In this document: one piece after another, positions 48,560-58,346 of the stretch
Layout of the letters: every line of letters begins with the position of its first letter
Numbering within the stretch: the stretch's first letter is position 1
Origin: Chthonomonadaceae bacterium
GTDB taxonomy: Bacteria > Armatimonadota > Chthonomonadetes > Chthonomonadales > Chthonomonadaceae
Direction: 5' to 3'
Assembly (NCBI GenBank): GCA_965246825.1
Contig: OZ251990.1
Span: 3,894,541-3,958,540, forward strand
Length of the DNA: 64,000 nucleotides
Made by a program: the position numbers and the translations under genes
Notes under the pieces: model-generated
Seen by the model: the letters and a program-made list of their open reading frames with translations, nothing else
Told to the model about the DNA's origin: nothing
Database searches by the model: none

Positions 48560-50047
48560 CTACAGAATGTAGCGGCTGAGGTCTTCGTTTTTGGCAATCG
48601 TTTCCAGTTTCTCGCGGACATAGGCTCCGTCGAGGTGAACAGTTTTGTTGTCGAGGTCGGGAGCATCGAAAGAAAGGTCTTCGAGTAATTTTTCTATCAC
48701 GGTGTGCAGCCGCCGCGCCCCGATGTTTTCGGAAGTTCGATTGACCTCCGCAGCGATCCGGGCGAGTTCGTTGATCGAATCGTCGGAAAAGTCGAGCGAT
48801 ACGCCTTCGGTGGCGAGCAGGGCGACATACTGCCGGGTGAGGGCGTTTTTCGGCTCGGTAAGAATGCGCTTGAAGTCCGCTTCCGTCAGCGACTCCAGCT
48901 CCACGCGGATCGGCAGCCGCCCCTGAAGTTCGGGTATCAAATCGGAGGGCTTGGAAACATGAAACGCACCGGCAGCAATAAACAAAATATGATCAGTTTT
49001 CACCGGCCCAAATTTCGTGGTGACCGTCGAGCCTTCGATGATAGGCAGAATGTCGCGCTGCACCCCCTCGCGGGAAACATCCGGCCCTCCGCCGCCGTTT
49101 CCTGCCGACTTTCCACCTGCAATTTTATCAATTTCGTCAACAAAAATAATGCCGCTCTGCTCGGTGCGTTCAATCGCTTCGCGGGTCAGGGCATCCCGGT
49201 CAATCAGCAGTCCGGCCTCTTCTTCGGCAAAAATCTTTTTCGCCTCTCCAATCGTCACATTCCGCTGTTTGCTTTTACGGGGCATCAGGTTGCCGAGCGC
49301 ACTCTGCATATCCATCCCCATTTCTTCCATGCCGCCCGGTGAAAACACTTGCATAAAAGGCATATTCGGGGACTCTTCGACGGTGACATTCACTGGGTCT
49401 TCGTCTTTGACGCCGGATTTTACCTGATCGAGCAGCACTTTGCGGATGCGCTCGTAGCGGGCATGATCTTTTTTTTCTTCTTCGTCGTCCTGCTCTTTTT
49501 CTTCCGGTTCCGGGGGAGGCGTGGGAAGGCTCATTCCGCCGCCGGGATTGAAGAACTGACGGATCGCTTCCGCCATGTCTTTCGTGCCCTCTTCCGTGCG
49601 TTTACGGGCGGATTTGCGCGGCGCAGGCTGCAAAATATCCACGATGCGCTCGACGGCCCGGCGTTCGGCTTCCTCGCGCACCTCTTCTTTCTTTTCGTTT
49701 TCAACCAAGCGGATGGCGACTTGAACTAAATCACGGATCATGCTGTCCACATCGCGCCCGACATACCCGACTTCTGTGAATTTCGTGGCTTCCACCTTCA
49801 CAAAGGGAGCACGGGCGAGGGTTGCCAGACGACGGGCGATTTCGGTTTTGCCGCACCCGGTAGGGCCGATCATCAAGATGTTTTTGGGAATCACTTCGTC
49901 ACGCAGGTCTTCGCCCAAAAGTCGGCGGCGGTAGCGATTGCGGAGCGCAATCGCCACTGCCCGTTTCGCGCCATGCTGCCCCACAATATAACGATCCAGT
50001 TCCGCGACAATCTGAACCGGTGTTAAGTTCTCAATCATTTCTGCCAT
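48560..50047 (-). CDS. hslU: ATP-dependent protease ATPase subunit HslU
   Basis: [21 protein letters not shown]...[16 protein letters not shown], plus sensor and I-domain. No hslV is adjacent on either side. Confidence 0.9.
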   Translation of the reverse strand: MAEMIENLTPVQIVAELDRYIVGQHGAKRAVAIALRNRYRRRLLGEDLRDEVIPKNILMIGPTGCGKTEIARRLATLARAPFVKVEATKFTEVGYVGRDVDSMIRDLVQVAIRLVENEKKEEVREEAERRAVERIVDILQPAPRKSARKRTEEGTKDMAEAIRQFFNPGGGMSLPTPPPEPEEKEQDDEEEKKDHARYERIRKVLLDQVKSGVKDEDPVNVTVEESPNMPFMQVFSPGGMEEMGMDMQSALGNLMPRKSKQRNVTIGEAKKIFAEEEAGLLIDRDALTREAIERTEQSGIIFVDEIDKIAGGKSAGNGGGGPDVSREGVQRDILPIIEGSTVTTKFGPVKTDHILFIAAGAFHVSKPSDLIPELQGRLPIRVELESLTEADFKRILTEPKNALTRQYVALLATEGVSLDFSDDSINELARIAAEVNRTSENIGARRLHTVIEKLLEDLSFDAPDLDNKTVHLDGAYVREKLETIAKNEDLSRYIL

Positions 50048-50077
50048 CCCCGCACTGCTCCCTCATTTGGTGTCCTT

Positions 50078-51250
50078 TTAGTATAGCACGGAGGGGAAAC
50101 GGAATTCGCTTCGATCCAGGGTCGGTTTCTCCTCCGCTGCCCACTGCGCCAGAGCCTCGCCGATGGCGGCGGAGTGCTTGAACCCGTGCCCCGAACAGGG
50201 TGACGCCACAAAAACTTGTGGAAATTCCGGCAGGGCATCCAGTAGAAAGCGTGCATCGGGGGCAGCGGTATAAAGGCAGACGCGGGTCGCAGCACATTCG
50301 GTGCTCAAGGCGGGAAAGAAGGGCGCGATATTCTGACGGTGCATTGCCTCGATCTCTGCCTCCGAAACGCTGCGATCCACCGTTTCGGGGGTGGTGGTTT
50401 CGAGATAGGTTTCGGAGGCCGCCTTGACCAGATCGCCCGTTTCATTGAGAGCCGGAAAACCGTAAATCCCGGAGCCGCCGCGATCCTGCTCCCAGATGAA
50501 TACGGGAAAGCGTTCCGGGGAAAAAAGCGCGGGGTTTTCTCGAACCCGAAACCAGTACATCACCTGCCGGTAAACCGAAAGGGAAGCCCGCAGGGAAGGC
50601 AGCAGCTGCGAAACCCAGGCCCCGGCTCCAACGATCACCTTTTCCGCCCGATAAACCTCTCGTTCCGTTCGGATCGTGACGCCCCTCCCCGACGGTTGGG
50701 GAAGAATTTCCAGCACCTGCTCGTTGTAAGCAAGAACGGCTCCCAGCGATTTTGCCCGCTCCAGCTGCGCTTCCACACACGCTTCCGGGCGCACAAACCC
50801 GGCTCCAGGTTCATAGTAGCCGCGTTCGTCCCCGGAAAGCGAGAAGGCAGGAAATCGCGCATTGATGTCGGCGGCGGTCAGCCGTTCGTGCGGAATATGA
50901 AACGCTTCTGCCGTGCGGAGGGTTTGCTCGAAAAAGTTGGGCTTGCCATGAAGCCCTGCTGTTTTCCCGCCCGCAGCAAGAATCAGACCGCCGTTCTGCG
51001 TAAGAAGTGTGCGCCCGGTTTCTGCTTCGAGTTCGCGCCAGAGTTCGTGGGAGCGCAGCACAAACGGAACGTAGGCTGCCCCCTCGCCAATGGCCTGCCG
51101 CGTGACCCGGCTTTCGCCCTGCGTGGAACCGAGTGAATGCGGCGGCGTATACTGATCGAGTCCGATGACGCGCCCTCCCCGCCGGGCCATGTGATAGACG
51201 GCGGCAGCCCCCATCGCTCCCAGCCCCACCACAACGCAGTCGGCGTTCAT
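50078..51250 (-). CDS. FAD-dependent oxidoreductase (DAO/sarcosine-oxidase-like family)
   Basis: N-terminal VVVGLGAMGAAAVYHMARRGGRVIGLDQ (GxGxxG Rossmann) and a C-terminal SGHGFK motif. Overlaps the upstream CHAT gene by 4 nt. Confidence 0.75.
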   Translation of the reverse strand: MNADCVVVGLGAMGAAAVYHMARRGGRVIGLDQYTPPHSLGSTQGESRVTRQAIGEGAAYVPFVLRSHELWRELEAETGRTLLTQNGGLILAAGGKTAGLHGKPNFFEQTLRTAEAFHIPHERLTAADINARFPAFSLSGDERGYYEPGAGFVRPEACVEAQLERAKSLGAVLAYNEQVLEILPQPSGRGVTIRTEREVYRAEKVIVGAGAWVSQLLPSLRASLSVYRQVMYWFRVRENPALFSPERFPVFIWEQDRGGSGIYGFPALNETGDLVKAASETYLETTTPETVDRSVSEAEIEAMHRQNIAPFFPALSTECAATRVCLYTAAPDARFLLDALPEFPQVFVASPCSGHGFKHSAAIGEALAQWAAEEKPTLDRSEFRFPSVLY

Positions 51251-54156
51251 CGCGGGTCTCCGAGCAAAATAAAGGGAGACCAGTAATAAGGGTGGCTGTG
51301 TTTACCGTCCTCTTTCAGATAGAGGGCGGCATTTCGCAGAGCTTCACTTTTTCTCTGTTTCTTCAGAATGAGATTTCGATAGAATGAAGTCATCAAAGCG
51401 GCGGTGGAGGCGTCATCTACCGACCATTGACTGACCACCTGGGTGGGGCAGCCCGCCACAAACAAAGCCCAGGTCAGACCGATGATCCCCTCCCCCTCTT
51501 TGTTTTCCCCGCGTGCCGTATTGCAGGCGGAGAGAACCACCATTTCGGCGTTGAGGTGAAGTCCGGAAATCTCTCTCGCCGTAAGAAAGCCGTCCTCCTG
51601 AGCGTCTTCCGGCTGTGCCAGCACCACCGACGACAACAGCGGTGCGGCGTCGTTGACAAACCCATGCGTGGCAAAATGCACGAATCGGTAATCGCCCATG
51701 CTTTGTTTGACTGTGGTTTCCTGCGCCTTTTTCCCCGTCAGAACGAGGGACGCGGGAAAAAGATCCTGAAGTTCTTTGGCTTCGCGCTGAGTTCCAGGCA
51801 GGGCGGAGATTGCTCCTCCGCGATCTGAGGCAGCAATGAGACGCGCCGGGGTGTCCAGGGGCCGAGCGGGAGAGTCGAGAGGGCGGGAAGGCAGATCGAG
51901 AGGGCGCTGCGCTGAAACACCCTCTGGATCGCCGAAGCGGGCGGTAGTTCCAAAATCGGGGTCGGCACATACCAGCAGGTTTTTGGCGGCTTTGCGGCGG
52001 GCTTTGGAGGTCAGCATGAACTGCGCCCCCGTTGCAGAGTGAGCATAAGCGACCTCAAACCGATTGAGCAGACAGATTTTTTTCGTTCGGTTGGGCAGCA
52101 GGACGGCAAAGGGAACCTCCCACAAAACCCCGTCCGGGCAGATCAGCAGCCGCATTTTGCCTTTCAATTCCGGCTCCACAGGCTTGATGAGAACCCGGTA
52201 AAGTGCCTCGGCCTCGCCCTGAAACGCATTTTTCGGATTGGTGCAGTCCTTGCGAAGAGCACGGCAGCGTTTTTCCAGATCGGAGTGCTGGATTTTGACC
52301 GAGTAGGTTTTCAGGTGCGGCCTGCCGTTGTGCCGGGTGACTACAAACACGGCAAAATAATCTTCTGCCAGCGTTACATATTCCAGCAGGGCCGTTTTGT
52401 CTGGAAGCCACTTTCCAACCTCGTCGAGCGAGGCCGTTTTTGCAATCCGTTTCTGAACCAATTCCGGGTGACGGGCATAGAGAGTTTCGGTCAGCGTTTG
52501 GAGTTGATCTTCCGTTTTTTTGAGCTGCCCCTGAAGCGCAGCAAACCGCTTTTTGGCTCCCACCTCGTTTTCCACGCCTTCTTTCACCATCCGGGCGTTG
52601 AGTGCGTCGGCTTTGCGGCGCAGTTCCTGGTCTTGAAGCCGCTCCTGCGGGGTCAGGGAAGAATCGAGGTTCACTCTGCCGGAGGTAAGTAAATCGAGCA
52701 GCGAACGCGCCTTTGTTTTTTGTGCCAGCTCAAAAGCCTGCGTTTCCTTTTTCAATTCGATCAAGAGGTGCAAATAAGTATAGTAAGCGTCAATGTTGAG
52801 GGCGAGGCTGGAAGTTTTCGCTTCGGAATAGCCTCCGAGATTGGTGCGGTACTGTTCTTGCAGTGCCACAGCCTGCTGAGCATACACAAGTGCCGCTGCC
52901 GGACGCAGGCGAAACCGCTCCGTTTGCGCGGCGTTCTCCAGAGCCTTGGCTTGAATTCGGATTTCGTTGATACGGCGGGTCAGGGCAATGCATTGATTGA
53001 AATAAAGGAGGGCCTGCCGATGGTCTTTTTTTGCGGAATAAGTGAGACCAATTGAGTTGAGTTCGACTGCAGTCTCGGTATTTTTGTGAAGCTCCCGCTG
53101 GATCGCCAGGGCACGAAAAAGATAGGTCAAAGACTTCGCGTAATCTTTGGCGTCGCGGAACTCGCCGCCTAAATTCGCGAGGGAGGCCGCTTCGCCGACC
53201 CGATCCTTTGTTTCCAAAAAGATGGACAGAGATTTCTCGTAAAACTCCACCGCCTTCTTCGAGTTCTTCAACTCGGTGTTCAGTGTTCCGAGGGAAAGAT
53301 AGGTGCGGGCAATCCAGGATTTTTCGCCGAGTTCCAGGCGGATTTTAAGGGCTTGCTGATAATATTCCATCGCCTGAGCGTATTCGCCCAGGTCTTCATA
53401 AAGAACACCGATATTGTTGAGGGTTCCTGCCTGATCCTGCTTGCTGCCGGTTTCCCCGAAAATTGCTGCAGCGGACTGAAAGTACTCCAACCCTTTGCGA
53501 ACATTACCGAGGGTGTTCCAGAGCGTTCCGGCACGAAGATAGATCGTCCCCTTAATCCGCTTGTTGTCAACTTTGGGGAAAATCGAGACTACCTCTTCAT
53601 AGGTTGCTGCCGCTTGTGTTAGGGCTTCCCGCTGAAGTTGCATCAGTCCGAGCTGCTCCAGCGCATAGAGAAAATTGAGGGGATTGTTTTGCTGCCGAAA
53701 AAGCGATACGGCTTCCGCATAGTCTGCCTCCGCTTTTGCCGTCCGGCCCAATTCGAGTTCCATCAGCCCGCTTTTGTACAGGAAAAGCGCGATGCCTTCC
53801 GGGTAGGGGATTTTACGGGAGAGGGCCAGTGCCTGATCGTAGAGGTGCAGTGATTCTTCCCAGTGTTTGCGAAGGTAGGCGAGGTCGCCCAGCCCGCGAG
53901 TCGCTTCGGCCTCTCCCACCGGGTCGTTCAGTTCGCGGGCTTGGGTTAAGGCTTGCTGATCGAGTTTTTCCATGTCCTCCAGTTTCCCGGCTCTTCCGGC
54001 GTCGGCTCCCGCTTTGAGCAGAGTGCGGATTTCGGGTCGCATTTCTTTTTTCGGCGGAATTTGAGCCGAAATCGAAGCCGGGAAGGAAGAGCCGAGAAAA
54101 GCGAAACACCCGGTGATCGCCGAGCACAACAAAGACTGAGGGCGGCAGTGAGGCAT
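51247..54156 (-). CDS. TPR-repeat protein with C-terminal CHAT (caspase-like) protease domain; N-terminal signal peptide
   Basis: Signal peptide MPHCRPQSLLCSAITGCFAFLGSSFPASISAQ, many TPRs, and a C-terminal FVHFATHG...VVLSACNT (His/Cys dyad of CHAT). AGGAG ribosome-binding site before ATG 54156. Confidence 0.75.
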   Translation of the reverse strand: MPHCRPQSLLCSAITGCFAFLGSSFPASISAQIPPKKEMRPEIRTLLKAGADAGRAGKLEDMEKLDQQALTQARELNDPVGEAEATRGLGDLAYLRKHWEESLHLYDQALALSRKIPYPEGIALFLYKSGLMELELGRTAKAEADYAEAVSLFRQQNNPLNFLYALEQLGLMQLQREALTQAAATYEEVVSIFPKVDNKRIKGTIYLRAGTLWNTLGNVRKGLEYFQSAAAIFGETGSKQDQAGTLNNIGVLYEDLGEYAQAMEYYQQALKIRLELGEKSWIARTYLSLGTLNTELKNSKKAVEFYEKSLSIFLETKDRVGEAASLANLGGEFRDAKDYAKSLTYLFRALAIQRELHKNTETAVELNSIGLTYSAKKDHRQALLYFNQCIALTRRINEIRIQAKALENAAQTERFRLRPAAALVYAQQAVALQEQYRTNLGGYSEAKTSSLALNIDAYYTYLHLLIELKKETQAFELAQKTKARSLLDLLTSGRVNLDSSLTPQERLQDQELRRKADALNARMVKEGVENEVGAKKRFAALQGQLKKTEDQLQTLTETLYARHPELVQKRIAKTASLDEVGKWLPDKTALLEYVTLAEDYFAVFVVTRHNGRPHLKTYSVKIQHSDLEKRCRALRKDCTNPKNAFQGEAEALYRVLIKPVEPELKGKMRLLICPDGVLWEVPFAVLLPNRTKKICLLNRFEVAYAHSATGAQFMLTSKARRKAAKNLLVCADPDFGTTARFGDPEGVSAQRPLDLPSRPLDSPARPLDTPARLIAASDRGGAISALPGTQREAKELQDLFPASLVLTGKKAQETTVKQSMGDYRFVHFATHGFVNDAAPLLSSVVLAQPEDAQEDGFLTAREISGLHLNAEMVVLSACNTARGENKEGEGIIGLTWALFVAGCPTQVVSQWSVDDASTAALMTSFYRNLILKKQRKSEALRNAALYLKEDGKHSHPYYWSPFILLGDPR

Positions 54157-54188
54157 GGAACTACTCCTAAACAGTAAATGAGACCGGA

Positions 54189-56972
54189 TTAATGAGGCTG
54201 TTCTTCGGGAGCGGGCTGCGTTTGTGCGAGAGCCTCCGAAATCACTCTCTCCAGCGACTGAGTTTTCAGAAACTCTCTCAAGCGCTCTCTTTCTTCCTGC
54301 GAAGCCCCAGTCGTTTCTGTCATTCGCTGCACTTCCAAAACCACCGGGTCGGGGGAGCGAATTTCACGCAGCAGTCGTTCGGCGGAAAGGAGAAGCAAAA
54401 CGGCGCGGTCGGTGTCGCCGAGCTGCGCGACTGCCTCTCCGAGATTGGCGAGCGCGAACGCAATGCCAGGGACATGGCGCAGGTTGTGCTCGTAGCCCAA
54501 TGCTTCGGAGTAGTGATCCCAGGCCGCCCGGTACTTTTGCTGATAAAATGCCCCGACCCCCAGATTATTGAGGGTTTCGGCAATTCCTCGGCGGTCATCG
54601 AGCCTGCGCCGCAGCTTCAAGGCTTCCTGCAGGTGGGTTTCTGCTTTGACAAAGCGGTCGGGGCCATGCGCTGCATCGCGATGAAACAGCACCCCCAGAT
54701 TGTTATAAACAATAGCAATGCCTACCGTATTTCCGGCAATCTGGAAAAGTTTCAGGGACTGAATAAAATGCTCTTCCGCTTTAGAAAAGGCTTTTTCCTG
54801 CATTTTCACCTGCCCCAGCAAATTTTCTGCTTTGGCAAGCCCGCCGATTTCCTGAGACTCCATCAGCAGCGTTTTCGCCTCCGCGATCAGCTTTCCGGCC
54901 TCTTCCCCCTGTCCATAATCGAAATGAAGTCCAGCGCGTTCCAGCATCAACCGTGCGGTCAGCGAGGGGAAATCGGCTTTGCAGGGATGGATTTGCTCCA
55001 GCCCTGCCTGGAGGGTTTCGGCGGCATCTTGAAGAAATCCCTGCCGGGTCAAGGCAGTTCCTACAGCGAGGGCCAATTCTGCAAACAGCTCCGGGCTTTC
55101 CGATAGGCTCGCCCAATCCAGAGCGGCTTTCAGATTGCTGCGATTGACCTCCAATTCTCTCAGGGCTTCGGCTTCACGTGCGGTACGAGCCTGCCCCAGC
55201 CGTTCCTGAGCAAACCGCAGAAAGTGAGCGGCATGGCGATGACAGACCGCGTTTTCCTGCTGCAATTCCATCAGCTTTTCGGCGGCGTACTCACGCAGGC
55301 TTTCCAGCATCAGAAAGCGTGTTTCTTCTTGGGAGGCATCCATTTCCAGGCGAAAAAACGACTGCTGCCGAAGGGCGATCACGCTCTCGAACACATCGAA
55401 GGCTTCGCACACCGCTTCGGCGTCCGCGAGTGTAAACCCGCCAACAAACACCGACACCTGCGCGAAAACCGATTTGTCTTCGTCGGTAAGAAGGCAGTAA
55501 GACCAGTCAATCGCTCCGCGCAGGGCACGCTGACGGGGAGAAAGGTCGGGCGAACGCGACTGAAGCAGCCGAAAACGTTCATTTAATCGTTGCAAAATCT
55601 GTTTCGGCGTCATCCCCACAATTCTCGATGCGGCCAGTTCCATCGCCAGTGGAACCCCTTCAAGCCGCTCGCAGAGGGTTTCCACCTCGGTTCGGTTTTC
55701 ATCCGTCAGGGTAAAATCGGGCCGAAATTCCGCCGCTCGCTCCACAAAGAGACGGGCAGACTCCACCCGGCTCATCGGCATGAGTTCCAACACCGTTTCG
55801 CCCCGCACCTCCAAGGCCCGCCGGGAAGTGACCAGACATTTGATTTGCTGGGCGGCACTGAGCAGGTCGCGCACGATGAGGGCGGCGTTTTGGATTTGTT
55901 CGAGGTTATCTAAGATCAGCAGAGCGCGTTTGTCACGCAAAGCCCCAAAAATCTGCTCTTTAATGCTGGGGGTCGGCTGGAGGATCAAAGCCAGGTGTTC
56001 GGCAATGCGGCGCACCATTTCGTCGGCGGTTCGCGTTTGTTCCAGGTCAAACCACCAGACCCCATCGGAAAATTGTTCGATCACCCTTTCCCCGATTTGC
56101 ATAGCGACGCGGGTTTTTCCAATTCCGGCAAACCCAGTCACCGTAAAAAGGCGGTGCGTGGCCTTTTTTACCAGATCGGCCCACTCGGAAATTTCGGTTT
56201 CGCGTCCGACAAAAGCCGTCAGCTGCTGGGGCAGATTCTGGATCGTTGTTTTTTGCGCCTGAAGAGAGGGAAAGTCTGCTCGAAGCCCTGCGTGAACGAG
56301 CTGGTAAATACGGATTTGTTCGATGTCACGAAGCCGATGGGAGCCGAGGTCGCGAAGCGACGCGCCCTGCGGAAGCCCCTCCCGCAACAGCGCAAAAGTG
56401 GTATCGGAAAGCAAAATCTGCTCTCCGTAAGCCAATTCAAGCAGCCGGGAAGCCCGGTTCAGAGGCTGTCCATAATAGTCGCTGCCCCGCAGTTCCGCCG
56501 AACCGGTGTTAAGGGCCATTCGTACTTTCAGAGAGGTGCGGGCATCCCACGCCTCTTTTTGCAGTTCTGTTTGTGCGGTCCAGGCTCCCGCTACGGCAGA
56601 GCGCACATCGGCGAACACCGCATAAAACGCATCTCCCGCCGTTTTGAAGATTTGGCCGTCGCACCCTTCAACGGCCTGACGAATGATTTCATCGTGGCGT
56701 GCCAAAGCAGTTCGCATTGCTTCCGGGTAAAACTCCCAGAGCCGCGAACTTCCTTCGATGTCGGTAAACAAAAAAGTGAGGGTTCCGCTTGGTAAAAGCA
56801 CAAACTTTCCTCTGCTCGCGCCAGCGCGATGGATCCTTCGAGATACCGCTCTATTCGGCACACCGAAAGGGTTTTCCTTTTTAGAACGGAGGGGCACACG
56901 GCTTAAACTCACTCGGCGAGAAAAACCGAACTTATTTTCGAGGTTTGTGCGGTTAAGCGAAAGAGCGTACAT
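54189..56972 (-). CDS. class III adenylate/guanylate cyclase domain fused to NB-ARC-like STAND NTPase and TPR repeats
   Basis: Cyclase motifs FLFTDIEGSSRLWE, KTAGDAFYAVF and LNTGSAELRG. P-loop LFTVTGFAGIGKTRVA, an LVTSRRALEVRGE motif, then TPRs. Start uncertain: ATG 56972 is used here, and the maximal ORF reaches 57029. Confidence 0.7.
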   Translation of the reverse strand: MYALSLNRTNLENKFGFSRRVSLSRVPLRSKKENPFGVPNRAVSRRIHRAGASRGKFVLLPSGTLTFLFTDIEGSSRLWEFYPEAMRTALARHDEIIRQAVEGCDGQIFKTAGDAFYAVFADVRSAVAGAWTAQTELQKEAWDARTSLKVRMALNTGSAELRGSDYYGQPLNRASRLLELAYGEQILLSDTTFALLREGLPQGASLRDLGSHRLRDIEQIRIYQLVHAGLRADFPSLQAQKTTIQNLPQQLTAFVGRETEISEWADLVKKATHRLFTVTGFAGIGKTRVAMQIGERVIEQFSDGVWWFDLEQTRTADEMVRRIAEHLALILQPTPSIKEQIFGALRDKRALLILDNLEQIQNAALIVRDLLSAAQQIKCLVTSRRALEVRGETVLELMPMSRVESARLFVERAAEFRPDFTLTDENRTEVETLCERLEGVPLAMELAASRIVGMTPKQILQRLNERFRLLQSRSPDLSPRQRALRGAIDWSYCLLTDEDKSVFAQVSVFVGGFTLADAEAVCEAFDVFESVIALRQQSFFRLEMDASQEETRFLMLESLREYAAEKLMELQQENAVCHRHAAHFLRFAQERLGQARTAREAEALRELEVNRSNLKAALDWASLSESPELFAELALAVGTALTRQGFLQDAAETLQAGLEQIHPCKADFPSLTARLMLERAGLHFDYGQGEEAGKLIAEAKTLLMESQEIGGLAKAENLLGQVKMQEKAFSKAEEHFIQSLKLFQIAGNTVGIAIVYNNLGVLFHRDAAHGPDRFVKAETHLQEALKLRRRLDDRRGIAETLNNLGVGAFYQQKYRAAWDHYSEALGYEHNLRHVPGIAFALANLGEAVAQLGDTDRAVLLLLSAERLLREIRSPDPVVLEVQRMTETTGASQEERERLREFLKTQSLERVISEALAQTQPAPEEQPH

Positions 56973-56978
56973 TCCTTT

Positions 56979-58286
56979 GTGTCGGCGCGAGAAAAGGAAA
57001 CGGAATTGAGCGATTTGCAGGACGGACAATTGATAGAACGCTACGTGGAAGCAGGCTCAGAGCGAGCCTTCAGTGAGCTGGGGAGGCGCTACGCTCGGCT
57101 CGTTTACTCTACTTGCCTGCGTGAACTCCATGACCGCTCGCTGGCAGAAGAGGCTTCTCAGGCGGTGTTTCTCCTGCTCGCCCGCAAGGGGAAATCACTC
57201 ACCCGTCAGGCTTCAGTTGCGGGATGGCTTTTCACGGCATCCCGGCTTGTGTCGCAAAATCTGCGAAAACAGGAGAGGCGGCGCAAATTCATGGAAGAGA
57301 GGGCAGCAGGCGAAATGACCGATCCCCCGATCCCCCCGGAAAACGCGCTTTGGGAAGGCTTGGAACCCCACCTCAATACCGCTCTGGCTCACTTGAAACC
57401 GGGGGATCGTGAGGCGATCCTTCTGCGCTTTTTCGAGGAGCGAAGTTTTGCGGAGACCGGAGCCGCCTTGGGATTATCGGAAAATACTGCCCGAATGAAA
57501 GTGACTCGTGCCCTCGACAAACTGAGGCGGCAGCTTGCAAAGGCCGGGGTTGTCGTCTCCGTCACTGTGCTGGCGGCTCTGCTTCCGCAGTATGGGGCGC
57601 GGGCTTCCTCCTCCGTATTGGCTCAGGCGATCCCGCAAATTGCCGCAGGCATGGCCGCCTCCTCCCTGGCTCCTTTTTCGGGGCGGGCGCAGGCTCTGGC
57701 TCGCACCGCTCAACGGGCTCAGCAGTTCTCTTTTTCCAGAAAGGCCGCTTTTTATCTGGTGCTCGGCACTTCGGGAGCACTGCTGGGCGGAGCAAAACTC
57801 AAGACGTACCGAGAGCCGCTCGTTCTGGCTGAAACCCGGCGGGCGGCTTTCGCCTCCCTCGCCGGAACCTGGAGTGGAACCCTGGAATACGCCGATGACG
57901 GAGACGGAGCGCACCACACCTACCCCACCACCCTTGTTCTGTCCGCCGACCCAGCAGCGGGAACGCTTCAATACCGCGCCGCCTATGCGGGTTCAAGCCG
58001 CGTGGACGCCTGGACGGGATCGCTCGACCTTAAATCGGGGCAGTTCACCACCAGTGGAATTCAAGACGGCAGGCCAAAACGTCTGGTCTACCTTGTGGAG
58101 GGACTGGAGGCGTTCGTCAAAAAAACCGGGGGATTCATCATGACCACCCATGATCCTTTTGCTCACTGGGATACCCGGCAGACGATTGTCCAAAAGGGCA
58201 GCCGCCTGACCTGGAGCGAAGAAGTGCGACCGAACGACGGGCAGTACCGTTTTCGCAACCGCTTCGAGCTTGTCCGTACCTTCTGA
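56979..58286 (+). CDS. ECF sigma factor fused to a transmembrane helix and ~230-aa C-terminal extracytoplasmic domain
   Basis: Region 2 (RAFSELGRRYARLVYSTCLR...EEASQAVFLLLARK), region 4 (ILLRFFEERSFAETGAALGLSENTARMKVTRALDKLR), TM helix AGVVVSVTVLAALLP, then an unrelated C-terminal domain. GTG start. Confidence 0.65.
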   Translation: MSAREKETELSDLQDGQLIERYVEAGSERAFSELGRRYARLVYSTCLRELHDRSLAEEASQAVFLLLARKGKSLTRQASVAGWLFTASRLVSQNLRKQERRRKFMEERAAGEMTDPPIPPENALWEGLEPHLNTALAHLKPGDREAILLRFFEERSFAETGAALGLSENTARMKVTRALDKLRRQLAKAGVVVSVTVLAALLPQYGARASSSVLAQAIPQIAAGMAASSLAPFSGRAQALARTAQRAQQFSFSRKAAFYLVLGTSGALLGGAKLKTYREPLVLAETRRAAFASLAGTWSGTLEYADDGDGAHHTYPTTLVLSADPAAGTLQYRAAYAGSSRVDAWTGSLDLKSGQFTTSGIQDGRPKRLVYLVEGLEAFVKKTGGFIMTTHDPFAHWDTRQTIVQKGSRLTWSEEVRPNDGQYRFRNRFELVRTF

Positions 58287-58346
58287 CATTCACGTTCGCC
58301 CCTCTAGGGCCGTTTCATTTTCTACAAACTCGACAAAGGAACTTCG

